The notes below the pieces were generated by a model that had not been told where the DNA came from, ran no database searches, and saw only the letters and a program-made list of their open reading frames with translations. Positions 29,180 to 39,076 of a DNA stretch of 64,000 nt are shown in pieces. The stretch's first letter is position 1; each line of letters opens with the position of its first letter. The position numbers and the translations under genes are program-made. Source of the DNA: Dehalococcoidia bacterium (GTDB lineage Bacteria; Chloroflexota; Dehalococcoidia; Plut-88900); NCBI GenBank assembly GCA_965207225.1, contig CBDBLV010000005.1:1920001-1984000 (forward strand), given 5' to 3'.

Positions 29180-32074
29180 ATGCCTAGACAGACAGAACCG
29201 AACGCCAACAACGCCCTGGGCGACATTCTGCGAGGTATGATGCCGGGCTGCGAAGTCCGCTCTGAAAACACCCAGACCTTCATCGACTATCCGGGCCGCC
29301 ATGCCGATGTGCTGATCGTCGCGCCGGGCCGCTCCCCGGTGGTGGTCGAGGCCGAGTTTGAACCGGCTGCTGAAGTAGAGAAGGACGCCTCCGAACGATT
29401 GGGGCTTCGCGTGGAGGGGCAACCTCGAACGGTCGAGGCGGCCATAGCGGTGCGCTACCCACAGGTTGTGGAGGACGCCTACGACGTGCGCCAGGTCCTC
29501 TCCGAAACCCGTCTCTCCTACTATGTCCTGCACCAGGACGGCCCTCGCTTCCCCGAATCGGGCTGGCTGGAAGGTTCAGTGACCGACTTGGCAGACCTTG
29601 CTCGTCTGGTGTCCGTCCCGCAGAAGGCGGTTGAACAGGCGGCTGACACGCTTGAGCACGGCATCGGGCAGGCAGCCACCCGTTTGGAGGAAATGGCGAA
29701 GCTGCGCCCTAACGTCACCCCTGTTATCGCCCGCCTATTGGGAATGAGCGACGTTCCCCAGACCCGCCGCATGGCCTGCGCCATTATCGCCAACGCCATG
29801 GTCTTCCATCAGCGCATCGCGGGGATACACGAGGGTGTGAAACCTCTGCGCTTGGTGTGCGGTCCCAGCGTCGCAAACCCGCAGGGCGAAACGCTTACAG
29901 CCTGGGAAGATATCCTGAGGATCAACTACTGGCCCATCTTCGCCATCGCCAAGGACATCTTGGAGCAGCTTCCCGGAGACGCCGCCACCAACATCCTGCG
30001 GGAGTTGTTGGAGACTTCCCAGGAAGTTGAAGCCACCGGCGTCGACAACGCCCACGACCTGACCGGACGCATCTTCCAACGGCTGATCGCCGACCGGAAG
30101 TATCTGGCCACCTTCTACACGCTTCCAGCTTCGGCCGCGCTGCTGGCCCGGCTGGCAGTGGCCAAGATGGATGGAGTGGACTGGGCCAACGCCGAGGCCA
30201 TTGGCAGGCTGCGGATCGGGGATTTCGCCTGCGGTACCGGTGCCCTGCTTTCGGCGGTGTACGAGCAAGTTGCTTCCCGCCACGAGCGTGCCGGGGGTGA
30301 TTCCGCAGCCCTGCATCCAGTGATGATAGAGGAGGTCCTGTACGGCTGCGACGTCATGCCCTCGGCAATTCACATCACCGGCTCCACCCTGTCCGGTATG
30401 CGGCCCAACGTGGGATTCAAACAGTCCCGTCTCTACACCATGCCCTACGGAAGACAGAAAGACAGCACGGTGAAGATAGGTTCCTTGGAGTTACTCCAAG
30501 CCTCCACAGCCCTCACCTTGTTCAATACCAGCGACCCCGCCCTGCGCACCGGCAGCGCGGGCGAGGAGACTGCCGCTCAGATCAACGTGGACATCCCGGA
30601 CGCGAACTTTGACTTGGTGATAATGAATCCACCCTTCACAAGGGCAACCAACCACGAAGGCGCCCACGCGGATATCACAAACCCCGCCTTCGCCGCTTTC
30701 GATGCCACGCCTGCCGACCAAACAAAGATGGGAGACCGGATCAATCAGTTAGGGAAGGAATCCTGCTATCACGGCAACGCTGGAATTGCTTCAGCATTCG
30801 CTGCTCTGGCCGACAAGAAGCTCAAGGCCGGTGGAGTCCTTGCCCTGGTCTTGCCCCTGTCCGTGGCGAACGGCCTGTCGTGGAAGGGTCTTCGAGCAAT
30901 GCTTGCCAGCGATTATACGGATGTAACAGTCCTCAGCATCGCTGAGAATGGCCGTGAAATGTCGTTCTCGTCCGATACCGGGATGGCAGAGTGTCTGGTA
31001 GTTGCCCGCAAGGTTAGGCCAGATGAAACACCTGACCCCAGGGCGAGCTTCTCGTCCTTCGGTGGCAGGCCGCGGGGGTTTGCCCACTCCAGTTCGTTGT
31101 CGAGCAGCCTACGGAATGGTCGCAAAGTGAGGCGACTAGAGGACGGGCCGTATAGTGGAACGCTGCTGATGGTCGGTAATGAACAGGCTGGCGAGTCCGT
31201 AACTGCTCCGATAGGCAAGAATGGAGCGGGTTGGAGCGCGGTGCGCCTAGCCGACTATTCTCTAGCACAGACCGCTTATGCCCTGTCTCAGTCCCAGATC
31301 TGGCTGCCCGGGAGCCCATCCCAGGTTGAGTTGAAGATGGCCTTGCTGAGCAACATCGGCAAACTCGGTTTGGTACATCGCGACATTACTGGACCGGCTC
31401 CTCGCGGCCCCTTCGACAAGGTTGCTCCAAGCCCTACAGCCACCTATCCTGCCCTATGGAACCACGATGCGAAGCAGGAAACTCGCATGGTCTGTCTTCC
31501 AGATTCCCAGCTACTGGCCAGAGTGGGGATGGAAGACAAGGCGGCTGATGTCTGGGCTACAGCCGGACGCGCTCACTTGAACCTTGACTTCACCTTTGGC
31601 TCCCAGGCTCTGACTGTCGCGTTCACGGAGAGGGAATCCATCGGTGGGAGGGTATGGCCAAATGTTATCTTCCCCGACAGTAGATTCGATAGTGCTTATA
31701 CGATATGGGGCAACTCCACGTTGGGGCTCCTATCGTACTGGTGGCACTCCAACCGCCAGCAATCGAGCAAGGCTGGCATGACTATCCGTCAGGCCGAGTC
31801 ACTAGCTGTGCTCGACCTCCGCGCTCTCACCGACGAGCAATTGCTCATGGCTGAAATGATCTTCGACGAGTTCCGGGACAAGGAGTTGAAGCCCGCCTAC
31901 CTCGCGGACGCTGACCCTAATCGAGCCCTGCTCGACCACCGTGTGGTCTGCGACCTGCTTGGCTTCGACGAGGATGTGTACGAGGGAGTTCGGAGGCTGT
32001 CGGGCAAATGGTGCGCCGAACCGTCCGTTCACGGCGGGAAAGCGCGTCCAAGGGGTGCCAAGCTAGTCTTCTAG
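29180..32074 (+). CDS. Type IIG-like fused endonuclease/N6-adenine methyltransferase
   Basis: N-terminal ADVLI...VVVEAE; DFACGTG motif I; NPPF motif IV (gamma order); C-terminal TRD-like region. Confidence 0.8.
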   Translation: MPRQTEPNANNALGDILRGMMPGCEVRSENTQTFIDYPGRHADVLIVAPGRSPVVVEAEFEPAAEVEKDASERLGLRVEGQPRTVEAAIAVRYPQVVEDAYDVRQVLSETRLSYYVLHQDGPRFPESGWLEGSVTDLADLARLVSVPQKAVEQAADTLEHGIGQAATRLEEMAKLRPNVTPVIARLLGMSDVPQTRRMACAIIANAMVFHQRIAGIHEGVKPLRLVCGPSVANPQGETLTAWEDILRINYWPIFAIAKDILEQLPGDAATNILRELLETSQEVEATGVDNAHDLTGRIFQRLIADRKYLATFYTLPASAALLARLAVAKMDGVDWANAEAIGRLRIGDFACGTGALLSAVYEQVASRHERAGGDSAALHPVMIEEVLYGCDVMPSAIHITGSTLSGMRPNVGFKQSRLYTMPYGRQKDSTVKIGSLELLQASTALTLFNTSDPALRTGSAGEETAAQINVDIPDANFDLVIMNPPFTRATNHEGAHADITNPAFAAFDATPADQTKMGDRINQLGKESCYHGNAGIASAFAALADKKLKAGGVLALVLPLSVANGLSWKGLRAMLASDYTDVTVLSIAENGREMSFSSDTGMAECLVVARKVRPDETPDPRASFSSFGGRPRGFAHSSSLSSSLRNGRKVRRLEDGPYSGTLLMVGNEQAGESVTAPIGKNGAGWSAVRLADYSLAQTAYALSQSQIWLPGSPSQVELKMALLSNIGKLGLVHRDITGPAPRGPFDKVAPSPTATYPALWNHDAKQETRMVCLPDSQLLARVGMEDKAADVWATAGRAHLNLDFTFGSQALTVAFTERESIGGRVWPNVIFPDSRFDSAYTIWGNSTLGLLSYWWHSNRQQSSKAGMTIRQAESLAVLDLRALTDEQLLMAEMIFDEFRDKELKPAYLADADPNRALLDHRVVCDLLGFDEDVYEGVRRLSGKWCAEPSVHGGKARPRGAKLVF

Positions 32075-32147
32075 CCATACTATATGTCTAACAAGGGCTT
32101 CAAACGACCTTACAATAGCCTTCTTGGATTGATCTGGAGGCAAGAGA

Positions 32148-33056
32148 ATGTCTGACCAAGAGGAACGTGAAATCACTGCCGCTGATTTGCCCATGACTCT
32201 TTACTTAAATCAACGGATGACATTCGATCTCCTTGCCACCCTTGAGGGAGGTTTCTCTAACTTTGCAACTGTTCAGACAACATCCTCTGGGGAAACAACA
32301 ACAGAGTTGTCTGGAGGAGCGCAGCTCGGCGTCAGCAATGTCTTTGCCTTCCTCGGTATGCAATTGGGCGGCCATGGTTCCCGACAGGCAGGGCAGAAGC
32401 TAAGCGAGAGCACTACAGAAAACATTGTTCACACGCCTGTCTCTCTTTTCGCCCGGCTCAGGAAAGAATTGCAGGACCGTGACTTGGTTCGCAGTATGTC
32501 GACCTCATTCAATCTTGACGAGTTGCGCCCCAGTGACTTTGTGGAATTTGAAGCGACCCTTCGGCGACATCAATTGATAGTGCAACTTTCGGCGTTCGCT
32601 GAACTAATCCCATTGATGGGTGCCTTCGAAGAGTCATCAGGCTCGAAGAGTCCGCGTCAACGCAGGCAAGATAAGAGCACGGCATCGCAGACTCTTAAGC
32701 AAGTCAACTCGTTGTTGAGCGCATTAACAAGCGGTGAGTCGCGGGACCTCGTGTCTAGGATTGGTGAAACCAATGTAGTCATCACTACTGAACAGCAGTA
32801 CTTCAATGATCCCACGATGAACGACATCATCGATGGAACCTTCCATGTATTCGGTAAGGCTACTCGTGTCATTCCAAGGGGCGATGATGCAACCATAAGC
32901 CTTCTCAGAAAGGCCCCACTAGGGCAGTTCAAAGCCATTCTGCCAGCTATTGCTGAAGCAACGAGTCAGCTTGAGAGTCTGGGTCCTTCAGGGGATACAA
33001 CCACTGAGATTAAAGGTCCGGCAATCCAAGTCATGCCTATTGCCATTTTCTCCTGA
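32148..33056 (+). CDS. DUF6414-like hypothetical protein
   Basis: YLNQRMTFDLLATLEGG N-terminus, DFVEFEATL, C-terminal PIAIFS. Confidence 0.6.
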   Translation: MSDQEEREITAADLPMTLYLNQRMTFDLLATLEGGFSNFATVQTTSSGETTTELSGGAQLGVSNVFAFLGMQLGGHGSRQAGQKLSESTTENIVHTPVSLFARLRKELQDRDLVRSMSTSFNLDELRPSDFVEFEATLRRHQLIVQLSAFAELIPLMGAFEESSGSKSPRQRRQDKSTASQTLKQVNSLLSALTSGESRDLVSRIGETNVVITTEQQYFNDPTMNDIIDGTFHVFGKATRVIPRGDDATISLLRKAPLGQFKAILPAIAEATSQLESLGPSGDTTTEIKGPAIQVMPIAIFS

Positions 33057-33202
33057 ACCCTGAAATCCGCTTGCCAATGTCACTTGTTGCGATCAACGTA
33101 ACAATTCGGCCGCCAATTGTTGGGACGACTGATGCTGTCCCATGCACCGGCACTGTCATGCGATGGTTGCCTACCGTGCAGGTTCTTTCCTACGTTAGAT
33201 AC

Positions 33203-34939
33203 ATGGCACTCTCTGACCGACAACTGCTAGACGCCCTGAGCCGGATGCCCTTCGTCGAATCGACGGATCTGGCGCTCATCCTGGGCGAGCCCCACGCCAC
33301 CGTCCACCGCAGGCTGTCCGAGCTGCTGGCCGACGGCCTCGCGGGGAAGGCCACCCACGGCACCGTCCACCTGCCCTCGAGCGGGAGATACTTCATCACC
33401 GCCAACGGCATCCAGGAGGCCGCCGACTTCCTGGGTTTCGACACGCCCTCGGAGTTCGTGCGGGCTTACCCCATGTCCAGGGAGTGGCTCACGCTGCTCA
33501 TACGCCGGATGGACGCCGTGGCCGCCGTCTACCGCCTGGCCGCCGCCATGTCGCCCGGCACGGATTCACATCAGACCCGCGTGGAGTTTCACCGCAAGGG
33601 CCGGTTCGACGCCACCATCACGCTCCACGACGGGCGAGACTTCGGCGTGGTGCGTCAGGGTCTCGGCCTGCGCAGGCGCTCCCTCCACGACCGGCTGCGT
33701 GCCCTAGCCCACTACGACGCCGGCCGCCGCCCGGACATCGTGCTCATCCTGGTTCCTAGTGTCTGGGAGCGGCGGCGGACGGGGAGGTTCTGCGAGGGGG
33801 TGTACCTGACGGACTTCTTCATCGCCGTGGAGTCCCGGTGGGCACTGGAACGGCGGGACCGCCGGGTCTGGCAGGAGACCACGGGGCTGTCCGGGCATTC
33901 GTACCTGACGCTGGAGCGGGTGATCTCCCGGGGCACGCCGGGCAGGAGACGACGACCCCTCACGGCGTCGCCGGAGCGGAAGCGAGCTTCCCTGCCCGAC
34001 CCCGAACGCATGGTGGGGGATTCGCCCGCCTTCGGTATCAGCCCCGCCGAGAAGCGGACGCTGGACCTGATCACCGACCACCCCATGATCCCCCGGGAGC
34101 ACCTGGCGACCTGGCTCGGCGTCTCGGAGGGAAGAATCAGTCAGATGATGCGCAGCCTCGTGAAGACTTGGGGCCTGATCGAACGTCACGGCAAACGGGG
34201 CGAGGTTCGCTACACGCTGTCCGACGAGGGGATACGCTACGTGACCCACCGGGACCGGGCCGAGCTGCCCACCACGCGGGGTATCTGGAGCACGGAGCTG
34301 ACCACGGACAAGGAGGGACGCAGGCGTCACGCGGGACACCGCATCGAGACGTGGGAGCGGCAGACGAAGCACGCCGACGGCATCACTTGGTTCCTGTCGA
34401 AGCTTGCGGCCGAGGCCAGGGAGAACCCCGACAGCGATCTGGTGTGGGTTGTGCCCACGGCCAGGTCCGACCGGGCCTACAACTGGGGCCGCTCCGCCAT
34501 CGCCCCCGACGCCGTGGGGCAGCTGGTCGCCGGGGGCCATCCCGTGCCCTTCTACCTTGAGCACGAGCTCAGAGTCCGCCACCCCAGGGGAGTCATGGCA
34601 CGCCTAAGTCCCTACGAGGACTACTACTGGTCGAACGAGCACAAAGAAGACCAGCCGCCGTACCCGGTCACGCTGTTCGTCGTGGACACCGAGGAGGTGG
34701 AGGAGACCTACGTGAGCACCGCAGGCCGGATGCACCGGATGTCGCTGCCCGTCCTGGTATCCTGCATCCCTGTGCTTAGCACCACGGGGATACTGGGGGA
34801 GTCCTGGCGCCCCCTGTGGGCGCCGTCCTCCCCCCGGCTGAGGCTGTCCCAGCTGCGTGATTACGTGTACGACCCGCTGTACCACCGGATGCGTCCCACC
34901 CGTCCTGTAGAGGCGTCCAATAGGAGGGGACATAGATAG
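33203..34939 (+). CDS. Replic_Relax-like protein, type B
   Basis: Two wHTH modules; C-terminal IAPDA...FYLEHE; start set by alignment with the paralogue at 59284. Confidence 0.72.
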   Translation: MALSDRQLLDALSRMPFVESTDLALILGEPHATVHRRLSELLADGLAGKATHGTVHLPSSGRYFITANGIQEAADFLGFDTPSEFVRAYPMSREWLTLLIRRMDAVAAVYRLAAAMSPGTDSHQTRVEFHRKGRFDATITLHDGRDFGVVRQGLGLRRRSLHDRLRALAHYDAGRRPDIVLILVPSVWERRRTGRFCEGVYLTDFFIAVESRWALERRDRRVWQETTGLSGHSYLTLERVISRGTPGRRRRPLTASPERKRASLPDPERMVGDSPAFGISPAEKRTLDLITDHPMIPREHLATWLGVSEGRISQMMRSLVKTWGLIERHGKRGEVRYTLSDEGIRYVTHRDRAELPTTRGIWSTELTTDKEGRRRHAGHRIETWERQTKHADGITWFLSKLAAEARENPDSDLVWVVPTARSDRAYNWGRSAIAPDAVGQLVAGGHPVPFYLEHELRVRHPRGVMARLSPYEDYYWSNEHKEDQPPYPVTLFVVDTEEVEETYVSTAGRMHRMSLPVLVSCIPVLSTTGILGESWRPLWAPSSPRLRLSQLRDYVYDPLYHRMRPTRPVEASNRRGHR

Positions 34940-35469
34940 CGTCGATGCAACGCTATCCGCCCTCCCTGCGGTCTGGGAGCCGCAAAACGGTGCAAGTTGT
35001 ACCTCCGGCAGGGTCTCGAAATACGCCAGACCGGTCATATTCCTCTGTTTCAGCTACGAAAGGGGCTGCACAGACCTCGACCGGTCAACGGCCAAATGTA
35101 CAAGTTGGGGAGAAGCTGTGCTAAAGTTGGGGAGCTCGCCGAAGACGCCAAAGTTGCACTTTTACCACCCTGACCGGTCAGCATTTTGAACGGGATGTAG
35201 GTAGGGACGCGGCTGTGAAGCGTCTTTGAGGAGCAAAATCGGCGTATTGGCGGCGTCTGCGGCCCATGCTGGCCCACCGGATATTGCAGGAATTGAGGTG
35301 GGGGTGCATGACGCGAAAAGGGGTGATGGGCAGGAGCGGACATTTCGGGCCAGCCACGTTCGGATTCATGCAACATTTCGGGGTTTGGGCCGAAAATGGT
35401 GACCGGTCGCTGTCAAGGACCGGTTCCACCGAAAATTGCAGAAGCGGCCCACCCCGATAGAAGGCGAAT
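34940..35469. other. Conserved non-coding region, type B (candidate origin)
   Basis: Homologous to 61021-61099 plus 63346-63797; four GACCGGTC palindromes and TTGAGGTGGGGGTGCATGACGCG. Confidence 0.55.
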
Positions 35470-35907
35470 ATGACATCTCGGAAGCTGACGGAGAGATCGA
35501 GGGCCGGAGACGGCAAGCCCGACCAGAAGTGGGTCGTGGAGTACCTCGTACAGCGGGAGGGTCAGCGCAGGACGGCGGCCCTCCTGGGGGTGAACCGGAA
35601 GACGGTGGCGCTGGCGCTGGGCCGTGAGCGGCTGACGGGGAGGATGGCCCTGGCCGTGCAGCGGTTCATGGCCGGCCTGGACGATCCCGACGGGGAACTG
35701 GCGACGCCCCTGGACAGGCTGGAGGCGAGGATGCGGCGTGTGATCAAGGCCGTGGATGATCTCAGGGAGCGCGTGGATGACCTGACGGAGCGCGTGGAGG
35801 CCCTAGAGGCGGTGCAGCAGGAGCCCGATACCGAGGGCCGGGGGCTGGGCCTGTTCGACTGGTGGCGGCGGCGCAGGCCGCAGGGTGAGAACGAGAGACA
35901 TGGCTGA
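35470..35907 (+). CDS. HTH + coiled-coil backbone protein
   Basis: RRTAALLGVNRKTVALAL HTH; its start is duplicated at 63798. Confidence 0.7.
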   Translation: MTSRKLTERSRAGDGKPDQKWVVEYLVQREGQRRTAALLGVNRKTVALALGRERLTGRMALAVQRFMAGLDDPDGELATPLDRLEARMRRVIKAVDDLRERVDDLTERVEALEAVQQEPDTEGRGLGLFDWWRRRRPQGENERHG

Positions 35908-36334
35908 GCGGGTGCGCTGGATTACGAAGGCGGAGGCGGCGCGGGAGATGGAGGTCTCCATTTCGACGCTGGACCGGATGATACGGCGTGGAGAGGTCGA
36001 GGTGCGCAGGGAGGGCCGGAGGGTCTACGTGGAGATGGAGGGGCCGGAGCGGGTGAGCGACGAGGAGCTGCTGCGTCGGGCTATTGGGCGGGAGGACAGG
36101 CTTCAACGGAGGCTGGTGAAGCTGGACCAACGGGCGCAGGCGTTGGAGCGGGAGCGGGACGAGGCCGTGTACGCCGCATCCGCCGACCGGCAGGCGCTAG
36201 AGGAGGTGGAGGAGGCGTATCAGAAGGAGCGGGCCGCCCGGAGAAGGATGAGGCGGTTGGCCGTCAGGCTTGGGTTGGCCGTGGTCGTGTTGCTAGCCGT
36301 CGTGGGCCTGCTCGTGTGGCGGCTGGTGGCATAG
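35900..36334 (+). CDS. Excisionase-like HTH protein with coiled coil and C-terminal TM helix
   Basis: WITKAEAAREMEVSISTLDRMIRRGEV; hydrophobic C-terminus. Confidence 0.7.
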   Translation: MAERVRWITKAEAAREMEVSISTLDRMIRRGEVEVRREGRRVYVEMEGPERVSDEELLRRAIGREDRLQRRLVKLDQRAQALERERDEAVYAASADRQALEEVEEAYQKERAARRRMRRLAVRLGLAVVVLLAVVGLLVWRLVA

Positions 36335-36344
36335 GGTATAGCGC

Positions 36345-39023
36345 ATGGCCGGAGATGACATCGGACACCAGATACGCATCGCCGCCGAGAGCACTAGGCT
36401 CTACCGCCTATTCGCTGTTGGACCGACGCGTGTGTCGCTGACCGACGAAACGCTCACCTTCGAGGGACGCCTGGGTGGAGCATCCGACGAGGTGCCCGTC
36501 GGAGCCATCGACTCAATCACGGTCTCACCATCGTTGTTGTGGCATCGGCTGACCATACAGTTGGGAGATGGGACCGAGCGGTCAGTTGGAGGACTTGACG
36601 AGAGCAGAGCTGCACGGGTCCGGGACGCGGTGTTGGCGAGCACCGTCGAGGTCGCCAAGGCTTTGAGCCCTGAATTGAAGTGGCTCGATGAGCAGGTTCG
36701 ACAACACTTCGCCGCCGACCGCTACGCCCGATACAGCGACTGCCGGAAGCTTCACGAGTCTCTAGCGCCGGTTCTACGGCAATGCAAGGCACTCACCCGT
36801 GGACGCCTGAACCAAGAAGCGTCAGAGACGGCGGAGCGGCTTTCGCCCCTAGAATCGGTTGCGGGGTTCGAGGCGGCAAGAAGGCGTGCGAACAGCCTGT
36901 TCATTTCCAACGCCAAGCCCTCCGTACAGCAAGCCGCATCCGAGACGCTGGGTAACCCTCTCACGGATGAACAGGCCGAAGCCGTCGCCACCGACGAGGA
37001 CGCGACCCTTGTGCTGGCGGGCGCGGGAACGGGCAAGACCGCGGTCATCGTCGGCAAGGTCGCCCATGTCGTTCACAATTTGGGTGTTCGCCCGAACGAG
37101 GTGCTGGTCCTGGCATTCAACCGCAAGGCGGCCGATGAGATACGGGGACGGCTCAAGGGCGACCTCTCCGCAGCGCACGTCCACACCTTCCACAGCTTCG
37201 GTCGCCGCGTCATAGCCGAGTCCGAGTCCGCTCCCACCATATCGAAGCTGGCCGAGGACGAACTGGCGCTGAGGCGCGCAGTTGACAACATCATCGGCGA
37301 GCTACTCAACGACCTGGAGCAGTCGAGGGCTGTGATCGACTTCATCGTCTACCACCACGCGCCCTACAGATCGGCCTTCGAGTTCGACACCCTTGACCAG
37401 TACGAGGAGTACGTCCGCGAAGTCGATTTGCGGACCCTGAGCGGGGATCTGGTCAAGAGTTTCGAGGAACTGTCCATCGCGAACTACCTGACGGAACACG
37501 GCGTCGAGTTCCGGTACGAAGACCTGTACGAGACAGCGACGGCGACGAACCAACACAGGCAGTACCAGCCGGATTTCTTCCTGCCCGGCCACGACATCTA
37601 CATCGAGCACTTCGCACTCAACGAACATGGACGCCCTCCCCCCGGCTGGAGAGGGTACGTGGAGGGCGTCGAGTGGAAGAGGAACATCCACCGTCAACAC
37701 GGCTCGACGCTGGTGGAGACCTACAGCTGGCAACACCGGCGGGGCATCCTGCTTGAGACGCTGCGCAAGCGCCTCGAAGAGGCAGGGGTTAGCTTCGAGC
37801 AGGTACCTCGCCAAACCCTGGTGCGGCAACTCGGCCAGGAGCAGACGTCGTCGCTGGCGGGGCTGCTGGCGACCTTCCTGAATCACGTAAAGACCGGCGG
37901 CCTCTCGCCCGAGACGCTTCGCGCCCGCGCTCGCGAGAGCGGGGGCCGTTGGCGCAATGAGAGCTTCCTTGCCGTTTTCGAGCAGGTGCGCAACCGCTAC
38001 CAGAAGCTGCTCTCGGACCAAGGGGAGCTGGACTTCCACGACCTCATCAACGTCGCCGCAGGGCATATCCGTGAGGGCCGATGGAAGTCTCAGTATCGTT
38101 ACGTTCTGGTGGATGAGTTCCAGGACATATCCGCAGGTAGGAAGGCGTTCATACACGCCCTCCGGGACCAGGACGTGGCCTACTTCCTGGTGGGCGACGA
38201 CTGGCAGTCGATCTACAGGTTCGCGGGGAGCGACGTCGGTCTCCTGCGCGACTGCGGAGACCTGCTCGGCCACGTGGAGGAGCGAACGCTGAGCCTGACC
38301 TTCCGGTTCGCCGACGGCATACTCGGCCCCTCGACCGAGTTTGTGAAGCGGAACCCGGAGCAGACCCAGAGACCCTTGCTGTCCGCCAGCGGAGCGGAGG
38401 ACGAGGGCGTCACCATCGTCGCCGACGCCAGTCCCGCTGGCGGCGTTGCTCGGGCGTTGCAGGACATCGAGGCAAGGGCGCAGGGTGAGCCTCGCAGCGT
38501 CCTTGCGCTGGGGCGCTACCGGCAGGGCCGCGAGGTGGTCCAGTCGATTCGGCGGAGCAGGTCGCTACGAGTGGAGTTCAGCACGGTTCATGGAGCGAAG
38601 GGCCGCGAGGCCGACTACGTGATCCTGCTCGACCTCAACGACGGTCGTTATGGGTTCCCTTCGAAGGTGGAGGACGATCCGCTGCTGGAGCTCGTGCTGC
38701 CCCCGGTCTCGGGGGGAGCTTATCCATTTGCGGAGGAGCGGCGGCTCTTCTACGTGGCGATGACCCGGGCGCGGAACGGCGCATACCTGGTGACCGACCC
38801 TGTGCGGCCATCCCAGTTTGTGACGGAACTGTTAAGGGAATCCGACGACCTGCGGCAGATCGGCGAACTCGCGACGAAGTGTCCGCGTTGCGGCAGGGGC
38901 GTGCTCCAGGTGATCAATGGCAGGCGCGGCCGCTTCTGGGGCTGCACTGGGTACCGGTCCACGCCGCCATGCCGATACACCAAGGACATTGAGGGAGAAA
39001 CCGCCCATAGAGGGCGGGAATAG
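36345..39023 (+). CDS. UvrD-family helicase (helicase IV-like) with nuclease-like insert and C-terminal Zn ribbon
   Basis: AGAGTGKT, DEFQD, GDDWQSIYRF, ERRLFYVAMTRA; VKSFEE...YQPDF...IYIEH insert; CPRC...FWGC. Confidence 0.88.
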   Translation: MAGDDIGHQIRIAAESTRLYRLFAVGPTRVSLTDETLTFEGRLGGASDEVPVGAIDSITVSPSLLWHRLTIQLGDGTERSVGGLDESRAARVRDAVLASTVEVAKALSPELKWLDEQVRQHFAADRYARYSDCRKLHESLAPVLRQCKALTRGRLNQEASETAERLSPLESVAGFEAARRRANSLFISNAKPSVQQAASETLGNPLTDEQAEAVATDEDATLVLAGAGTGKTAVIVGKVAHVVHNLGVRPNEVLVLAFNRKAADEIRGRLKGDLSAAHVHTFHSFGRRVIAESESAPTISKLAEDELALRRAVDNIIGELLNDLEQSRAVIDFIVYHHAPYRSAFEFDTLDQYEEYVREVDLRTLSGDLVKSFEELSIANYLTEHGVEFRYEDLYETATATNQHRQYQPDFFLPGHDIYIEHFALNEHGRPPPGWRGYVEGVEWKRNIHRQHGSTLVETYSWQHRRGILLETLRKRLEEAGVSFEQVPRQTLVRQLGQEQTSSLAGLLATFLNHVKTGGLSPETLRARARESGGRWRNESFLAVFEQVRNRYQKLLSDQGELDFHDLINVAAGHIREGRWKSQYRYVLVDEFQDISAGRKAFIHALRDQDVAYFLVGDDWQSIYRFAGSDVGLLRDCGDLLGHVEERTLSLTFRFADGILGPSTEFVKRNPEQTQRPLLSASGAEDEGVTIVADASPAGGVARALQDIEARAQGEPRSVLALGRYRQGREVVQSIRRSRSLRVEFSTVHGAKGREADYVILLDLNDGRYGFPSKVEDDPLLELVLPPVSGGAYPFAEERRLFYVAMTRARNGAYLVTDPVRPSQFVTELLRESDDLRQIGELATKCPRCGRGVLQVINGRRGRFWGCTGYRSTPPCRYTKDIEGETAHRGRE

Positions 39024-39076
39024 CGGGGCTGAGAGAAGCCGCCGCCTGACACTTCGACTCTCCCTCGTCGTCCTGA

